Source of the DNA: Myxococcota bacterium
Lineage (GTDB): Bacteria > Myxococcota_A > UBA796 > UBA2385
Assembly: GCA_044344255.1 (NCBI GenBank)
Contig: JBIJDH010000012.1
Coordinates: forward strand, 1 to 64,000
DNA: 64,000 nt
Direction: 5' to 3'
The notes under the pieces were generated by a model. It did not search any database and was not told the DNA's origin. It saw nothing but the letters and a program-made list of their open reading frames with translations. This document shows, one piece after another, positions 7,004 to 16,117 of the stretch. Positions within the stretch are counted from its first letter, which is position 1, and the number at the start of each line of letters is the position of its first letter. A program made the translations under genes and the position numbers.

Positions 7004-9718
7004 ATGGCTGAGCCCGACCCCAACGACCCTGCCTCCCGCGCCGGCGCGGAGATCGGCGCGGCGCGCCCTCCGACCACGGCCGGGGCGATGCGGCGGCTCG
7101 GGCAGGGGCTCCTGCAGGCGCGGCTCTTCGGCGCTCCCCTCCCCAACCTTGGGCGCTTCGAGGTTCGGCGCAAGATCGGCGAGGGCGGAATGGGCGCCGT
7201 CTTTGAGGCCTTCGACCCCACGCTTGGCCGAGTGGTGGCCCTCAAGGTGCTACGGGACGCCGGCCCGGCGATGGCGTCGGCCGACGTGCTGCACGAGGCG
7301 CGAATGCTCGCCCGCCTCTCCCACCCTCATGTCGTGACCATCTACGAGCTGGGGATCGAAGAGGGGGAGCCGTATGTCTGCATGGAGCGAGTGGACGGCC
7401 CCAACCTGGGGGCCTGGCTCCGAGCGCATCCCGAGGAGGGATGGCGAAGGCGGGTCGGCCTGCTGCGGGGGGCGGCGGCGGGGCTCGCGGCGGCCCACAA
7501 GGCGGGGGTGATCCACCGGGACTTCAAGCTCGAGAACGTGTTGATCGGCGCAGACGGCGTGGCGCGGGTCACCGACTTCGGCCTCGCCCGTGCCGATCAA
7601 CCCGGCCCCGGCGACGAGCTTGGGCCTCGGACTCCGACCCCGCACGCCGGCCAGCCCCCGCCGATCGATGCCCCAGCGGTGTCCACCTCCTCCGGCCTCG
7701 CGGGCACGCCGGGTTACCTCGCACCGGAGCTGGTGGCCGGAGGTCGGGCCAATGAGAAGAGCGACCAATACAGCTTCTTCGTCGCCCTTCGCGTCGCGCT
7801 CTCCCCAGAGACCCTCTCGGAGGTGCCGGCCCTGACGGCCCTCCTCGTCCAGGGCACAGACCCCGATCCCCGCCGACGGCTGGCGGACATGGGTGCCGTG
7901 GGCGCGGCCCTCGATGGCCTGCTGGTCCACCGGGTGGCCCCCGATCAGCGGGCCCGTGAGGTCCTGCTGGAGAGGGTCCAACGCCTGTGGGTGGAGCCGA
8001 TGCGGGGGCAGGCGCGCCTCTCCACCCTCTCTGGCGCGGCGCAGCCGGGCGCCCTGCTCCCCCTTCGCGCCGAGCCCGCGCCTGAGCTCGGCCCCACCGG
8101 TCCGCCGCTCGACCTCGGGGAAGGAGAAGCGCACCACATCGCAGCCAGCCTGCGACGGATGCTGGCCGGCGTCGTGCTCGTGGGCCCCCCCGGCGCGGGC
8201 AAGACCGTCCGCCTGCTCGGGGTCGCGGAGTCGCTGCAGGCCACCGCCTGGGAGGACCCCGACTGCCCGCTGCCCGTCGTGCTCAACCTCTCGTCCTTCC
8301 CTGCCTTCCGAGGGACCTTCGGCGAGTGGCTGGTGCACGAGCTCGTGGCCAAGTACGCACTCCCCCGGGAGCAGGCCCTCAGATGGTTGGAGGCCGGGCA
8401 GCTCGCGCTGCTGCTCGACGGGCTCGACGAGGTGGAGGCCGCGGCCCGCGGTCGCTGCGCCGAGGCCTTCAACGCCCATCGGCGTCAGCGGCCCACGCCC
8501 TTCCTCGTCACCTGCAGGGAGGAGAACTACCGAGCGCTGCAGCCAAAGCTCGAAGGCGAGGCCGTCTTACGCCTCTGCCCGCTCGATCCCGAGACCCTGT
8601 CCCGAACGCTGCGGTCTGCGGCGCCCCGCTCGTCGGCCGGGGCGCTCGCCGGGGCCGACCCCGCCCTCGCCGAGCAGCTGCGGAACCCGCTGCTGCTCAC
8701 GCTCTTCACCCAGCTCTCCGCGGAGGCCGAGGGCGCGCTCGGCGAGCCCAGCGGGCGGCCCGAGGCGCTGCGGGACCGCCTGTACAGCCTCGCCCTGGAC
8801 CACGCCCTGAACCGCGAGCCCGCCCTCCAAGGCGCCGATCGGCTGCGGGCGGTGGAGGGCCTCCACTGGCTGGCCGCCGCCGCATCGAGGGCGGGCGTGA
8901 CCGAGCTGTGGCTCGAAGAGCTCCAGGCCGCCTGGCTGCCCCGGCGGAGAGAGCGAGCCCTGGCCCTCGGGCTCGGCCTCGGCGGGGCCTATGCCTTCTC
9001 GATCGGCGTGAACCTCCTCGCGGCCAAGGTGGCGTTCCAGCCCTGGTATTCGGGGCTCTTCTTCGGGATCATGGCCGTCTCGGCGGCCTTCATCATCCAA
9101 GGAGGTCTGCGCATCGTGCCGATGGAGGCGATGCGCTGGTCGTGGCCGCGGGTGCGTGCCTGGATCCCTCGAAACCTCGCCCTTGGCGTGGTCACCGGCG
9201 GGCTACACGGCCTCTTCTTCGACTTCTGGGCCGATCTCATGCTCGGGGTGGCCACCGGCCTGCTCGGTCTCTCGGTCATCGGGCTCGTGCCGGCGGGTCG
9301 GGAGCGCAGGGTGAACCCCGGGGATGGGCTCATCGAGTCGCTCCGGAACAGCGTGCTCGTCGCCCCGCTGATCGGCCTCATCATCGGCGTTCCGGTCGGC
9401 TACCTCGTCCTCCCGCTGGCCCGACCCTTCGCCTCGATGGCGTCGATGTACCACACCCACCCGAACCCGGAGCTCGCCTGGGCGGTCACCATGGGTACGA
9501 GCGCCGCCGTCACGAGCCTGTTCATCACCGGCGCCCTCGCCCCGCTCATGCACGTCGCCCTGCGCCTCACCGTGGCCCTCTGCTCGCCGCTCCCCCTCCG
9601 CCTCGGCCCCTGGCTCGACGGCCTCGCCGGTCGTGGGCTCCTGCACCGAGTGGGCGGCGGCTGGCTCTTCCGGCACGCCACCTTCCGGGCCTGGCTCGCG
9701 GACGCTCGTCCCTCCTGA
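7004..9718 (+). CDS. Ser/Thr protein kinase - NACHT NTPase - multipass membrane fusion protein
   Basis: IGEGGMGAV, VALK, HRDFKLEN, DFG, GTPGYLAPE; Walker A GPPGAGKT, Walker B LLLDGLDEV, VTCR, NPLLL; hydrophobic C-terminal helices ending RVGGGWLFRH. Confidence 0.88.
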   Translation: MAEPDPNDPASRAGAEIGAARPPTTAGAMRRLGQGLLQARLFGAPLPNLGRFEVRRKIGEGGMGAVFEAFDPTLGRVVALKVLRDAGPAMASADVLHEARMLARLSHPHVVTIYELGIEEGEPYVCMERVDGPNLGAWLRAHPEEGWRRRVGLLRGAAAGLAAAHKAGVIHRDFKLENVLIGADGVARVTDFGLARADQPGPGDELGPRTPTPHAGQPPPIDAPAVSTSSGLAGTPGYLAPELVAGGRANEKSDQYSFFVALRVALSPETLSEVPALTALLVQGTDPDPRRRLADMGAVGAALDGLLVHRVAPDQRAREVLLERVQRLWVEPMRGQARLSTLSGAAQPGALLPLRAEPAPELGPTGPPLDLGEGEAHHIAASLRRMLAGVVLVGPPGAGKTVRLLGVAESLQATAWEDPDCPLPVVLNLSSFPAFRGTFGEWLVHELVAKYALPREQALRWLEAGQLALLLDGLDEVEAAARGRCAEAFNAHRRQRPTPFLVTCREENYRALQPKLEGEAVLRLCPLDPETLSRTLRSAAPRSSAGALAGADPALAEQLRNPLLLTLFTQLSAEAEGALGEPSGRPEALRDRLYSLALDHALNREPALQGADRLRAVEGLHWLAAAASRAGVTELWLEELQAAWLPRRRERALALGLGLGGAYAFSIGVNLLAAKVAFQPWYSGLFFGIMAVSAAFIIQGGLRIVPMEAMRWSWPRVRAWIPRNLALGVVTGGLHGLFFDFWADLMLGVATGLLGLSVIGLVPAGRERRVNPGDGLIESLRNSVLVAPLIGLIIGVPVGYLVLPLARPFASMASMYHTHPNPELAWAVTMGTSAAVTSLFITGALAPLMHVALRLTVALCSPLPLRLGPWLDGLAGRGLLHRVGGGWLFRHATFRAWLADARPS

Positions 9719-10093
9719 CGGGTCTCCTTCCGCACCCGCTCGACCGTCGCATCTCCGCAGAGACGCCGATCGCCCCCAGCGCACCTTCGTTCGCCCGGAG
9801 CAGGGCCTCCGCGCTCCCCGAACCGTGGCGGGTGCGGCTGCCCGCGCCGCTGCCCCAGGCCCGGAGCGGGTGACCGTGTCGGAGGGCATCGGTGAAGACC
9901 TCCTTCGCGGTCGCCGCCTACTGTTCACGCGGCGCGTGCACCCAACGGATCAGGTCTTCGAGGGGGTCGGTCACCGGGGCTCCGGGGCGGCTGTCCTTTT
10001 TTGGCTCTCCGAGGCATATTGGGATCAAGGGTCAGGGGTCGCAGGCGCGCCGGCCCGGTCACGAAGTCGACCTGCCTGACGACTGGCTCCGCC

Positions 10094-11260
10094 ATGCCCC
10101 CTCCTCCCCCTCTTCCCCCTCGCCTCCATCCGGCGACCATCCGCCTTGTGTTGCCACTGCTCGTCTGGCGCGTGGTGTTCCTATGCGGCACCTTCGCTTC
10201 GATCCGCCTCCTCCCGCCCATGTTCAATGAGGGTGGCTACGCGGAGAACTACGCTCACAACCATGGCCAGGTCGCCCCTCCTCGGGACATCACCACCTTC
10301 TATTCGTCCTGGGACACCGACCATTATCTTCGAATCGCCCGCGAGGGATACGAGGCAGGCGCGCCCACGCTGGCCTTTCAGCCACTGTGGCCGGCGTTGA
10401 TCAAGCTCGGCGGCCTGCTCTGCGGTGGGCATCCTCTGCTGGCGGGGTACTTGTTAAGCAACGCCCTCTCCTGGGCTGCCTTTCTCCTTCTCCACGACAG
10501 TGTCGCACGTCGAGAGAGCGCAGAGACCGCGGATATTTTTCTGGCGCTCCTGATCTGTTATCCGGGTTCTCTGTTCTTCGCCCTGCCCTACTCCGAGTCG
10601 CTCTTTCTCTTTCTCTGTGCACTCTTCCTGCGGGCGGTCGAGCGGGAACGATGGGGGGCCGTGGCCCTCATCTCCGCGCTCCTCCCCATGACCCGCACGG
10701 TGGGCTTGTTCGTGCTGCTCCCGCTGGCATGGGCCCTTTATCGGGGAGGCGGCTCGCCTCGAATACGGTGGTTGGTGCTCGGCGGTCCGCTACTCGGTGC
10801 AGCGGTCAGCGGCGCCATCCTGTGGGCCGAGGTCGGCTCCCCATTTGCAGGGTTCATGACACAGCGTAGTTTCCTGGCCCACTCCTCCGTCACCGACCTC
10901 GTAGACGCCGGAGCCCTGCTCTCCAACTTCTTCACCACGGTCCGTCTCCATGGATTCACGGACTCGGCGCTGGACCGTGTCGCCTTTGTGCTCTTTCTGC
11001 TCGCTCTGGTGGGTCTCGTTCGACGGGGGCGGACCGATCTGGTCTCCTGGGCCCTCCCCTTTGGCCTTGTTCCCGCGATGACGGTGAAGTTCATGGCCTA
11101 CACAAGATATTTGTCGGTGGTCTTCCCTGTCTTCTGGCAGATGGCGGTCTTCTTCACACCGTCGAGTCGTCAACCCTGGCTGTGGTTGATTCTACCGACC
11201 TTGTTCTTTATGCAGGTCGTGCTCACCCTTCGCCACATCAATTGGTACTGGGCAGGTTAG
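10094..11260 (+). CDS. Membrane glycosyltransferase, GT-C fold (PIG-V/Gpi18 mannosyltransferase-like)
   Basis: WDTDHYLRIAREGY, AFQPLWP, PYSESLFL and RYLSVVFP motifs; many TM segments. Confidence 0.8.
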   Translation: MPPPPPLPPRLHPATIRLVLPLLVWRVVFLCGTFASIRLLPPMFNEGGYAENYAHNHGQVAPPRDITTFYSSWDTDHYLRIAREGYEAGAPTLAFQPLWPALIKLGGLLCGGHPLLAGYLLSNALSWAAFLLLHDSVARRESAETADIFLALLICYPGSLFFALPYSESLFLFLCALFLRAVERERWGAVALISALLPMTRTVGLFVLLPLAWALYRGGGSPRIRWLVLGGPLLGAAVSGAILWAEVGSPFAGFMTQRSFLAHSSVTDLVDAGALLSNFFTTVRLHGFTDSALDRVAFVLFLLALVGLVRRGRTDLVSWALPFGLVPAMTVKFMAYTRYLSVVFPVFWQMAVFFTPSSRQPWLWLILPTLFFMQVVLTLRHINWYWAG

Positions 11261-11546
11261 CGCTTGAGATCAGGAGTCCGTCTCCGATCCAAGGCGGCCT
11301 GCACCTCACCCTTCCAGGTGAACTTCCACGTGAAGGCATGCGGTCCACAGAGCTTGTCTGGCTGCAGGTGTCATCCCCTCCAACGGTGCGCGTGCCACCC
11401 AGGCCAGCTCGACCTGCGGGGGCGTCAGCCCCTCCCTCGGCGGCTCCGGGGGGCGGCGCCAGGCGCTCACAGGTGCCACCCGGGGTCCAGCGCGGCGGTA
11501 GTCTGCGAGGCCCGCGCCGCTCGCCCGCGGGAGGGAGCGTCCGAGG

Positions 11547-12347
11547 ATGTGTATCGTCGCCCTCGCCTGGAAGGCCCACCCCCGCTGGCCGCTCGTACTG
11601 GCCGCCAACCGCGACGAGCGCCACGAGCGGCCTGCGGCGCCGCTCAGCGGCTGGAGCCACGCGGGCCGCGCGGTCTGGTCGGGCCGAGACCTCCAGGCTG
11701 GCGGGACCTGGCTCGCGGTGGGCGAGCGCGGCCACATGGGCGTCCTCACCAACGTCCGGGAGCCGGGGAGAGGCCCCCCGGCCCCCCGCTCTCGCGGCGA
11801 GCTGCCGCTGCGCTGGCTCCGCGCCGACCTCGAGCCTGGGGCGCCCGCAGACATCCCCGAACCGGGGCAGTACGACGCCTTCAACCTGCTCATGCTCGGC
11901 CGGGAGGCCCGCTTCGCCAGCAACCGCGGGGTGGGCGCGCGGCCGATCCTCCCGGGCCTGCACGGTCTGTCGAACGCCAGCCTGGACAGCCCCTGGCCCA
12001 AGGTGACGCGGCTCACGGGGCAGCTCGGGGGCGCCCTCGCCGAGGAGGTCGATCCACAGGCCCTGATCGACCGGATGCTCGGCGCCCTCGCCGACCGCCA
12101 CCGCCCCCCCGACGGAGACCTGCCGGACACCGGGGTCGGCCTCGCGCTCGAGCGGCTGCTCGGTTCGGTCTTCATCGAGGGCCCGTACTACGGGACCCGC
12201 TGCTCGACGGTCGTGGTCGACGACGGCGTCGGGCTCTGGCTCTGCGAGCGGAGCTACGACGCGGGGGGGAGCACGACGGGAGAGGTGCGCCTGCACCTCC
12301 GCCGAGACGCCGAGGGCCGACTGTGGGACGCGCCCTTCGTCGGCTGA
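11547..12347 (+). CDS. NRDE family (TANGO2-like) protein
   Basis: N-terminal MC, ANRDE, GRDLQAGGTWL, LTN, SNASLDSPWPK, YGTRCST. Confidence 0.93.
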   Translation: MCIVALAWKAHPRWPLVLAANRDERHERPAAPLSGWSHAGRAVWSGRDLQAGGTWLAVGERGHMGVLTNVREPGRGPPAPRSRGELPLRWLRADLEPGAPADIPEPGQYDAFNLLMLGREARFASNRGVGARPILPGLHGLSNASLDSPWPKVTRLTGQLGGALAEEVDPQALIDRMLGALADRHRPPDGDLPDTGVGLALERLLGSVFIEGPYYGTRCSTVVVDDGVGLWLCERSYDAGGSTTGEVRLHLRRDAEGRLWDAPFVG

Positions 12348-12386
12348 TCGGGCCCATCCACGCTGCGGCCCCGGCGACTGGCGGCG

Positions 12387-12977
12387 TCAGCGCTGGAGGA
12401 TTCGTTCGATCACCGCCCAGGCTCGATCCGCCGCGGCGGGGTCGTGGGTGACCTCCCCAAAGCGCACGAGGGCGATGAGGGTCCCGAGCACCATCACGCC
12501 CGTCTCTCGGGCCGGGAGCCCGACCGGCAGCCTCCCCTGCGCCGCCGCCTCGTTTACACACTCGACGACGAAGTCGAGCGAGCGCCGCTTCCAGCTCTCG
12601 ACCTGGCGGGCGCCGAGGGGGCCCGCCGCGTGCGGGAGCTCCTCGGAGAAGGCGAGGCGCGCGATCAAGGGGTTGGCGCCGACAAGCGAGATGCGGAAGC
12701 GGAAGAAGCGCTCGAGGCGGGCGATGGGATCGGGGTCTTCGGGGGGAAAGCCCGCGAAGAGCTGCTCCTCGACCCGATCGAGGGCCGCGAGCACGATCCC
12801 CTCCTTGCTCGAGAAGTGTCGAAACAGCGTGCCATCGGTGATGCCCACCTCGGCGGCGATGGCCTGGGTGGTGAGGCGCCCGAGGCCCTGCTCGGAGATG
12901 ACCCGCAGCGCGGCGTCGGCGATCTGCCGGCGCCGATCGGCGGTGGGCTGCCGGGCGGCGGGCGGGCGGGCGGTCAT
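12387..12977 (-). CDS. TetR/AcrR-family transcriptional regulator
   Basis: TTQAIAAEVGITDGTLFRHFSSKE HTH; last gene of the ABC operon (4-nt overlap). Confidence 0.93.
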   Translation of the reverse strand: MTARPPAARQPTADRRRQIADAALRVISEQGLGRLTTQAIAAEVGITDGTLFRHFSSKEGIVLAALDRVEEQLFAGFPPEDPDPIARLERFFRFRISLVGANPLIARLAFSEELPHAAGPLGARQVESWKRRSLDFVVECVNEAAAQGRLPVGLPARETGVMVLGTLIALVRFGEVTHDPAAADRAWAVIERILQR

Positions 12978-13696
12978 GAAACGACCTCGGGGGGAGCCGG
13001 CGCGGCCACCGGGCGGAGGGTGAGCACGCCGTCCTCCATCTCGTGGATCGTGTCGAAGACGTCGAGGGTGCGGTGGTCATGGGTCACGATGACGACCGCG
13101 GCCCCCTGCTCATGCGCGATTCGCTTGAAGAGCTCCATTACATCGCGCCCGCGGTGGCTGTCGAGCGCCGCGGTGGGCTCGTCGGCGAGCAGGAGCGGCG
13201 GCCGGTTGGCGAGGGCGCGGGCGATCGCGACCCGCTGCTGCTGACCGCCGGAGAGCTGCTCCGGATGGTGATCTCCGCGGTCTCCGAGGCCGAGGTAGCC
13301 GAGCAGCTCGCGGGCGCGGGCGTCGGCCACGGGGCCCACCACATCGTTGAGCTGGAGCGCGAGCAGCACGTTCTCCCGCGCCGTCAGGAAGGGCACGAGG
13401 TTGGCCTTCTGGAAGACGAAGCCCACGCTGCCTCGGCGAACCGCGGCGAGGTCGGTGAGGGCGCGACCGTCCTCCACCACGAGGCGGTCGCGCATCCAGA
13501 TCCGCCCCCGCTCCGAAAGCAACAGGAAGCCGAGCGAGGTGAGCAGCGTGGACTTGCCCGAGCCACTCGGCCCGAGCAGCGCCGCCACCTCCCCCTCCAC
13601 CGTCGAGATCGAGACGTCGCGGAGCGCCACGAGCTCCGTCTCCCCCGCTCCGTACACCTTACGGAGGCGCTCTGCACGAATGACGGTCTCGGGCAC
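12974..13696 (-). CDS. ABC transporter ATP-binding protein (MacB/LolD-like)
   Basis: GPSGSGKST, LSGGQQQRVAIARAL, LLADEPT, VTHD. Confidence 0.95.
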   Translation of the reverse strand: MPETVIRAERLRKVYGAGETELVALRDVSISTVEGEVAALLGPSGSGKSTLLTSLGFLLLSERGRIWMRDRLVVEDGRALTDLAAVRRGSVGFVFQKANLVPFLTARENVLLALQLNDVVGPVADARARELLGYLGLGDRGDHHPEQLSGGQQQRVAIARALANRPPLLLADEPTAALDSHRGRDVMELFKRIAHEQGAAVVIVTHDHRTLDVFDTIHEMEDGVLTLRPVAAPAPPEVVS

Positions 13697-13698
13697 GG

Positions 13699-14823
13699 TC
13701 AGCTCGCGAGGACGAGGGTGGGTGGGATGCGCAGCGCGCGGACGATGCCGGCGGTGCTGGCGAGGACGCTGATCACCGCGACCAGGACGGCGAGCCCGCC
13801 GAGCTCGACCGGGCCGACCAGCACGCGTCGCGGGAAGTGCTCGAAGGCCACCTGCCCGATGCCCACCGCCACACCGTAGCCGATGCCGCCGAGCAGCAAG
13901 GACTGCTGGAGGATCATCCAGACGATCACGCGCGTACGTGCGCCCATCAGCTTGAGCAGCGCGATCTCGTAGCTCTTGGCCACCGTCATGTTGTAGAGGA
14001 TGAGGGAGACGATGATCGCAGAGACGATCGAGAGGAGGGTACGGAAGAGGCCGATCTGCTGGCGCGCCTTCTCGATGACACCCTTCACGAGCAGATCGTT
14101 CTGCTCAGAGGCGGTCCAGACCGAGACGTCATCCCAGCCGCCGAGGCGGCGCTGCACCGCCGCGGCCTCGACGCCCGGCAGCAGCTTCACCACCACCGCG
14201 CTCGGGAGCACCTCGGCTCGCGCGGCGCCCGCGAGCCGACGCGACTCCGGGGCCATCCAACCGAGGATGTCGTCGGCGTCTCGCTCGGTGACAAAGGCGA
14301 GCGGATCACCCCCGGAGGACACGAGGCCGCGCGTGAGGCCGACCACCTCGTAGGTCTCGTCTCCGAAGGGCACCCGTGAGCCGAGGGCGTAGCCGAGCGA
14401 ACGGTCGGCGATCATCTCGCGGTGCGCGCCGCCGATCGGGCGACCGGCCACGAGCGGGAGGGCCTCCCCGCGCTCCGTGGGCCAGGAGAGGCCGACCACG
14501 CCGATGCGGACCGCGTGCGCGGCGTCACCCCGCTGGATCGTGGCGTAGGTGAAGGTGGTGGCCGAGGCCACCCCATCGACGAGGCGCAGGCGGTCTTCCA
14601 GGGCGCGAGGCACGGTGGAGCGCTCGGCGAAGGGGCCGCGGGTGTCTCGCTGCACCACCCACAGATCGGCGTCGACGGTCTCGAGGAGCACGGTCGCGTC
14701 TACCACCATCCCCCGGTAGATGCCGCCCATCGCGAGCACGATCGCGAAGAGGAGCCCGAGGCCGAGGCCGGTGAAGGCGAAGCGGAGCTTCTGTCGCTGG
14801 ATGTCCTTCCAGGCGAGGTTCAT
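13699..14823 (-). CDS. ABC transporter permease (FtsX/MacB-type)
   Basis: Starts MNLAWKDIQRQK; TM, large periplasmic loop, then TMs; EIALLKLMGA motif. Confidence 0.9.
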   Translation of the reverse strand: MNLAWKDIQRQKLRFAFTGLGLGLLFAIVLAMGGIYRGMVVDATVLLETVDADLWVVQRDTRGPFAERSTVPRALEDRLRLVDGVASATTFTYATIQRGDAAHAVRIGVVGLSWPTERGEALPLVAGRPIGGAHREMIADRSLGYALGSRVPFGDETYEVVGLTRGLVSSGGDPLAFVTERDADDILGWMAPESRRLAGAARAEVLPSAVVVKLLPGVEAAAVQRRLGGWDDVSVWTASEQNDLLVKGVIEKARQQIGLFRTLLSIVSAIIVSLILYNMTVAKSYEIALLKLMGARTRVIVWMILQQSLLLGGIGYGVAVGIGQVAFEHFPRRVLVGPVELGGLAVLVAVISVLASTAGIVRALRIPPTLVLAS

Positions 14824-15947
14824 GGGGCCTCCAACACGCGCACCCGAGCGCCGAGCCGGGCCCCCGGCGCGAGGACCATGTCCCCCGCCGCCAGCCCGGC
14901 GACGACCTCTACGGCCCCCCGACCGACGAGGCCGAGGGTCACGGTGCGGGAGACCACACGGCCGTCCTCGACCACTGTGCACGTCTGTTCACACCACCCG
15001 CGCGGCACGCTCGGCACCTCCTCACGGCGCCCGAGCTCGATCCAGGCGTCGGCGCGCTGCCCGACCGCGAAGTTCTTCGGGAGCTCGTGGACGGTGACCT
15101 CGACCTGGAGCTCGTGGGTCTGTCGATCGACCTCACGGCCGATCCGCGAGACCGTGCCGGCGAAAGCACGCTCCCCCTCCGAGCGGAACAAGACCCGCGC
15201 CGGCTGGCCCACCGCGAGCCGCCCGAGCGCGGTCTCGTCGACCCAGGCCGCGACGTGCATGGTGTCGATCGCGACGATCGTGAAGGCGGGCGTGCCCGCC
15301 CCCACGAGCTGGCCGGCCTCGACGGCTCGATCCACGACGAGGCCGGTGACGGGGCTCATGAGCTGGCCGTCGGCCACCTGCGCGCTGCGGATCGCGCGGC
15401 TGCGCGCCGCTCCCTCCCTCCCCTGCTCCGCCTGACGGAGCGCCGACTCCAGGGCCCGCTCCTCCGCCTGCGCGCTGAGGTCACGCTCGACGGCCGCCTC
15501 GTGCGCCGACGCCGCCGTGACGCCGCCCTCGAAGAGGCGGTCTGCCCGCGCCCGATCGGCCGCCGCCCGCTGAGCGCCCAGACGCGCGCGCTCGAGCTCA
15601 GCGCGGGCCCGCTCCACGGCCGCCTCGGCCGCGCCCTCGCTGGACCGCACCACCGCGAGGTCTCGCGCCGCGTCAGAGACGTCGAGGATGCCGAGCAGGT
15701 CGCCCGCTTGGACCATCGCCCCCTCGTCGACCGCGAGCGCGGTCACCCGGCCGGGCGCCTCGAAGGCCACGCGGACCTCGCGCGCGCCCTCCAACAGCCC
15801 GACCCCGAGGACCTCATCGACGACGGTGCCGGCCTCCACGCGGCGCCCCGCCGCCTCGACCGGCCAGCCCCGCAGGACCAAGCCGAGACCGGCGACGAGC
15901 AGCACGGGGACGGTGACTTGGAGGAGTCGGACGACGCGAGGCTTCAT
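14820..15947 (-). CDS. Efflux periplasmic adaptor (membrane fusion protein)
   Basis: N-terminal TM, GRVTALAVDEGAMVQAGD lipoyl half, coiled coil, SPVTGLV. Confidence 0.9.
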   Translation of the reverse strand: MKPRVVRLLQVTVPVLLVAGLGLVLRGWPVEAAGRRVEAGTVVDEVLGVGLLEGAREVRVAFEAPGRVTALAVDEGAMVQAGDLLGILDVSDAARDLAVVRSSEGAAEAAVERARAELERARLGAQRAAADRARADRLFEGGVTAASAHEAAVERDLSAQAEERALESALRQAEQGREGAARSRAIRSAQVADGQLMSPVTGLVVDRAVEAGQLVGAGTPAFTIVAIDTMHVAAWVDETALGRLAVGQPARVLFRSEGERAFAGTVSRIGREVDRQTHELQVEVTVHELPKNFAVGQRADAWIELGRREEVPSVPRGWCEQTCTVVEDGRVVSRTVTLGLVGRGAVEVVAGLAAGDMVLAPGARLGARVRVLEAP

Positions 15948-15969
15948 GGCGATCCCCAGTGACCCACCC

Positions 15970-15998
15970 GATGTAAGCAAGTACTTGCTTGCTGTCAA
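15970..15998 (-). promoter_or_regulatory. Sigma70-like promoter of the ABC operon with a palindromic operator (probable TetR site)
   Basis: Minus strand TTGACA-N17-TACATC; perfect 16-bp palindrome AAGCAAGTACTTGCTT at 15975-15990 fills the spacer. Confidence 0.7.
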
Positions 15999-16065
15999 CG
16001 GTGGACCGCCCCGCGGCACGCGGCCGACGCCGGACAGGCGTCCACCGGAGGAGGACATCCGCCCG

Positions 16066-16094
16066 TTGACGGGGAGATACCCAATGTCTATGCT
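16066..16094 (+). promoter_or_regulatory. Sigma70-like promoter for the peptidoglycan-binding peptidase gene
   Basis: TTGACG(16066-71)-N17-TATGCT(16089-94). Confidence 0.6.
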
Positions 16095-16117
16095 CACCCC
16101 TTCTCCTCGGAGCGCGC

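Noticed and set aside
9719..10093. Possible pseudogene or ncRNA in the intergenic gap
   Set aside because: Protein-like fragments could not be assigned and no convincing RNA motif was seen
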